The notes beneath the pieces are model-generated. The model worked only from the letters and a program-made list of their open reading frames with translations, had not been told where the DNA came from and did not search any database. The position numbers and the translations under genes are program-made. Shown here one piece after another: positions 38,346-39,242 of a stretch of DNA of 39,242 nucleotides. How positions within the stretch are numbered: position 1 is the stretch's first letter; every line of letters begins with the position of its first letter. Source of the DNA: Cyanobacteria bacterium J06626_4 (GTDB taxonomy: Bacteria > Cyanobacteriota > Cyanobacteriia > Phormidesmidales > Phormidesmidaceae); NCBI GenBank assembly GCA_038523235.1, contig JBCBJQ010000053.1, positions 1 through 39,242 on the forward strand. The letters are read 5' to 3'.

Positions 38346-38918
38346 ATGCGCCCGCTATTGCTTGTCCCGATGACATTGTTGGCGATCGCTGCCGCCAGCT
38401 GTAGTACCAAAACGGCCATGTCGGAGCCGCCAACCTCGACCTCAGCCCCGGTAACGGAAACCGCACCGGCACCTGAGTCATCCGAGACAGTCGCCGCGAC
38501 GACAGAGACAACCACCACCCCAGCTGCCGAAACGGCTTTGCTAGCGGTGTATGTGCAAGATAGTGTGGCGATCGCGGGCGCTGATCCGGTGGCTTATTTC
38601 ACCGACTCGGCCTACGTGCCTGGCACCAGTGAATTCTCCCATGAGTGGAGCGGTGCCACCTGGCATTTTGCCAGTGCTGAAAACCGTGATGCCTTTGCCG
38701 CCAATCCTGAGCAGTATGCCCCGCAGTATGGTGGATTTTGCGCTTGGGCAGTGAGTCAGGGCTACAGCGCCGCCGTTGACCCCGAAGCTTGGAAAGTTGT
38801 GGATGGCAAACTCTACCTCAACTACGACCAAAACGTTCAAGCACGATGGGCTCAAGACATCCCCGGCAATATCGCCAAAGCAGACACCAATTGGCCCGAG
38901 GTCGCAGCCAACGAATAA
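38346..38918 (+). CDS. YHS-domain (seleno)protein-family lipoprotein, Cys form
   Basis: Lipobox AASC, AI.GADPVAYF, W.GATWHFASAENRD.F.A.PE.YAPQYGGFCAWAV, DPEAWKVVDGKLYLN. AAGGAG SD. Confidence 0.9.
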   Translation: MRPLLLVPMTLLAIAAASCSTKTAMSEPPTSTSAPVTETAPAPESSETVAATTETTTTPAAETALLAVYVQDSVAIAGADPVAYFTDSAYVPGTSEFSHEWSGATWHFASAENRDAFAANPEQYAPQYGGFCAWAVSQGYSAAVDPEAWKVVDGKLYLNYDQNVQARWAQDIPGNIAKADTNWPEVAANE

Positions 38919-38962
38919 CGCTACGTTGGCACCTGCACTCATTCAGCTGATGCCTGGAACTG

Positions 38963-39184
38963 GGCATTGCATCATGAAGCCATGAAAATAAGGTTTCGAG
39001 GATGCAGTGTCTAGAGTGCGGCGGCGAGTAGGTCCGCAAGACTGGCAAACATCGATTAGGGAAGCCAACCTATATTTGCAGGGCTGGCGGTCGTCAATTC
39101 GTCGACCAATGGGCGGCTGAGCAAGGCGATTCGCACAAGGTCAAATGTCAATGCCTAAAGCTTCATAACGTGATGTGCAATTAA
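38963..39184 (+). pseudogene. IS1-family transposase (InsA zinc-ribbon) remnant
   Basis: ATG 39002 gives MQCLECGGE*VRKTGKHRLGKPTYICRAGGRQFVDQWAAEQGDSHKVKCQCLKL, matching MQCP.C.S..IRKNG...GKQ.YIC..CGRQF.......GYS..VK..CL with an internal stop. GGCATTGCATCAT at 38963 is a candidate left end. Confidence 0.8.
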
Positions 39185-39242
39185 GCGATTTCCAATTCAA
39201 GCTTTAATCAGATCCTCAAATCTCAGATAGGGCCTGCCTTTG

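Noticed and set aside
38346..38918. Possible selenoproteins (YHS protein, also gpx)
   Set aside because: Both have Cys codons (TGC/TGT) at the relevant position and no in-frame TGA.

Overview
This is a cyanobacterial chromosome segment: HIP1 octamer GCGATCGC is frequent, ocp/frp and gvpG are present, and the gene content is Leptolyngbya/Nodosilinea-like. The centrepiece (about 20.7-28.4 kb) is a guanidine-utilisation operon with an NtcA box and a guanidine-I (ykkC) riboswitch. It encodes a Ni-dependent guanidine hydrolase (GdmH-type), HypA/HypB-type Ni chaperones and an ABC importer. It carries two additions relative to the Synechocystis sll1077-1082 layout as I recall it. The first is a GlnT/GmaS-like gamma-glutamyl-amine ligase between hypA and hypB, which suggests a methylguanidine or other alkyl-amine branch. 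The second is an antisense, frameshifted four-helix-bundle gene bracketed by mutually complementary 8-mer repeat arrays that span almost exactly from the gdmH stop to the hypA start. The rest of the window holds a 5'-truncated AT-rich GGDEF-EAL gene followed by ISAs1 and IS630 debris, a beta-propeller protein, dinB, yebC, glk and an orphan gvpG. It also holds a sugar MFS plus MFS/HEAT/cNMP fusion pair, an AT-rich WG-repeat gene, an orphan TAXI binding protein, moeB, ocp-frp, envelope proteins, a GT4, gpx, nusB-ftsY, a YHS protein and an IS1 remnant. All family assignments come from motif recognition by eye, with no database searches.
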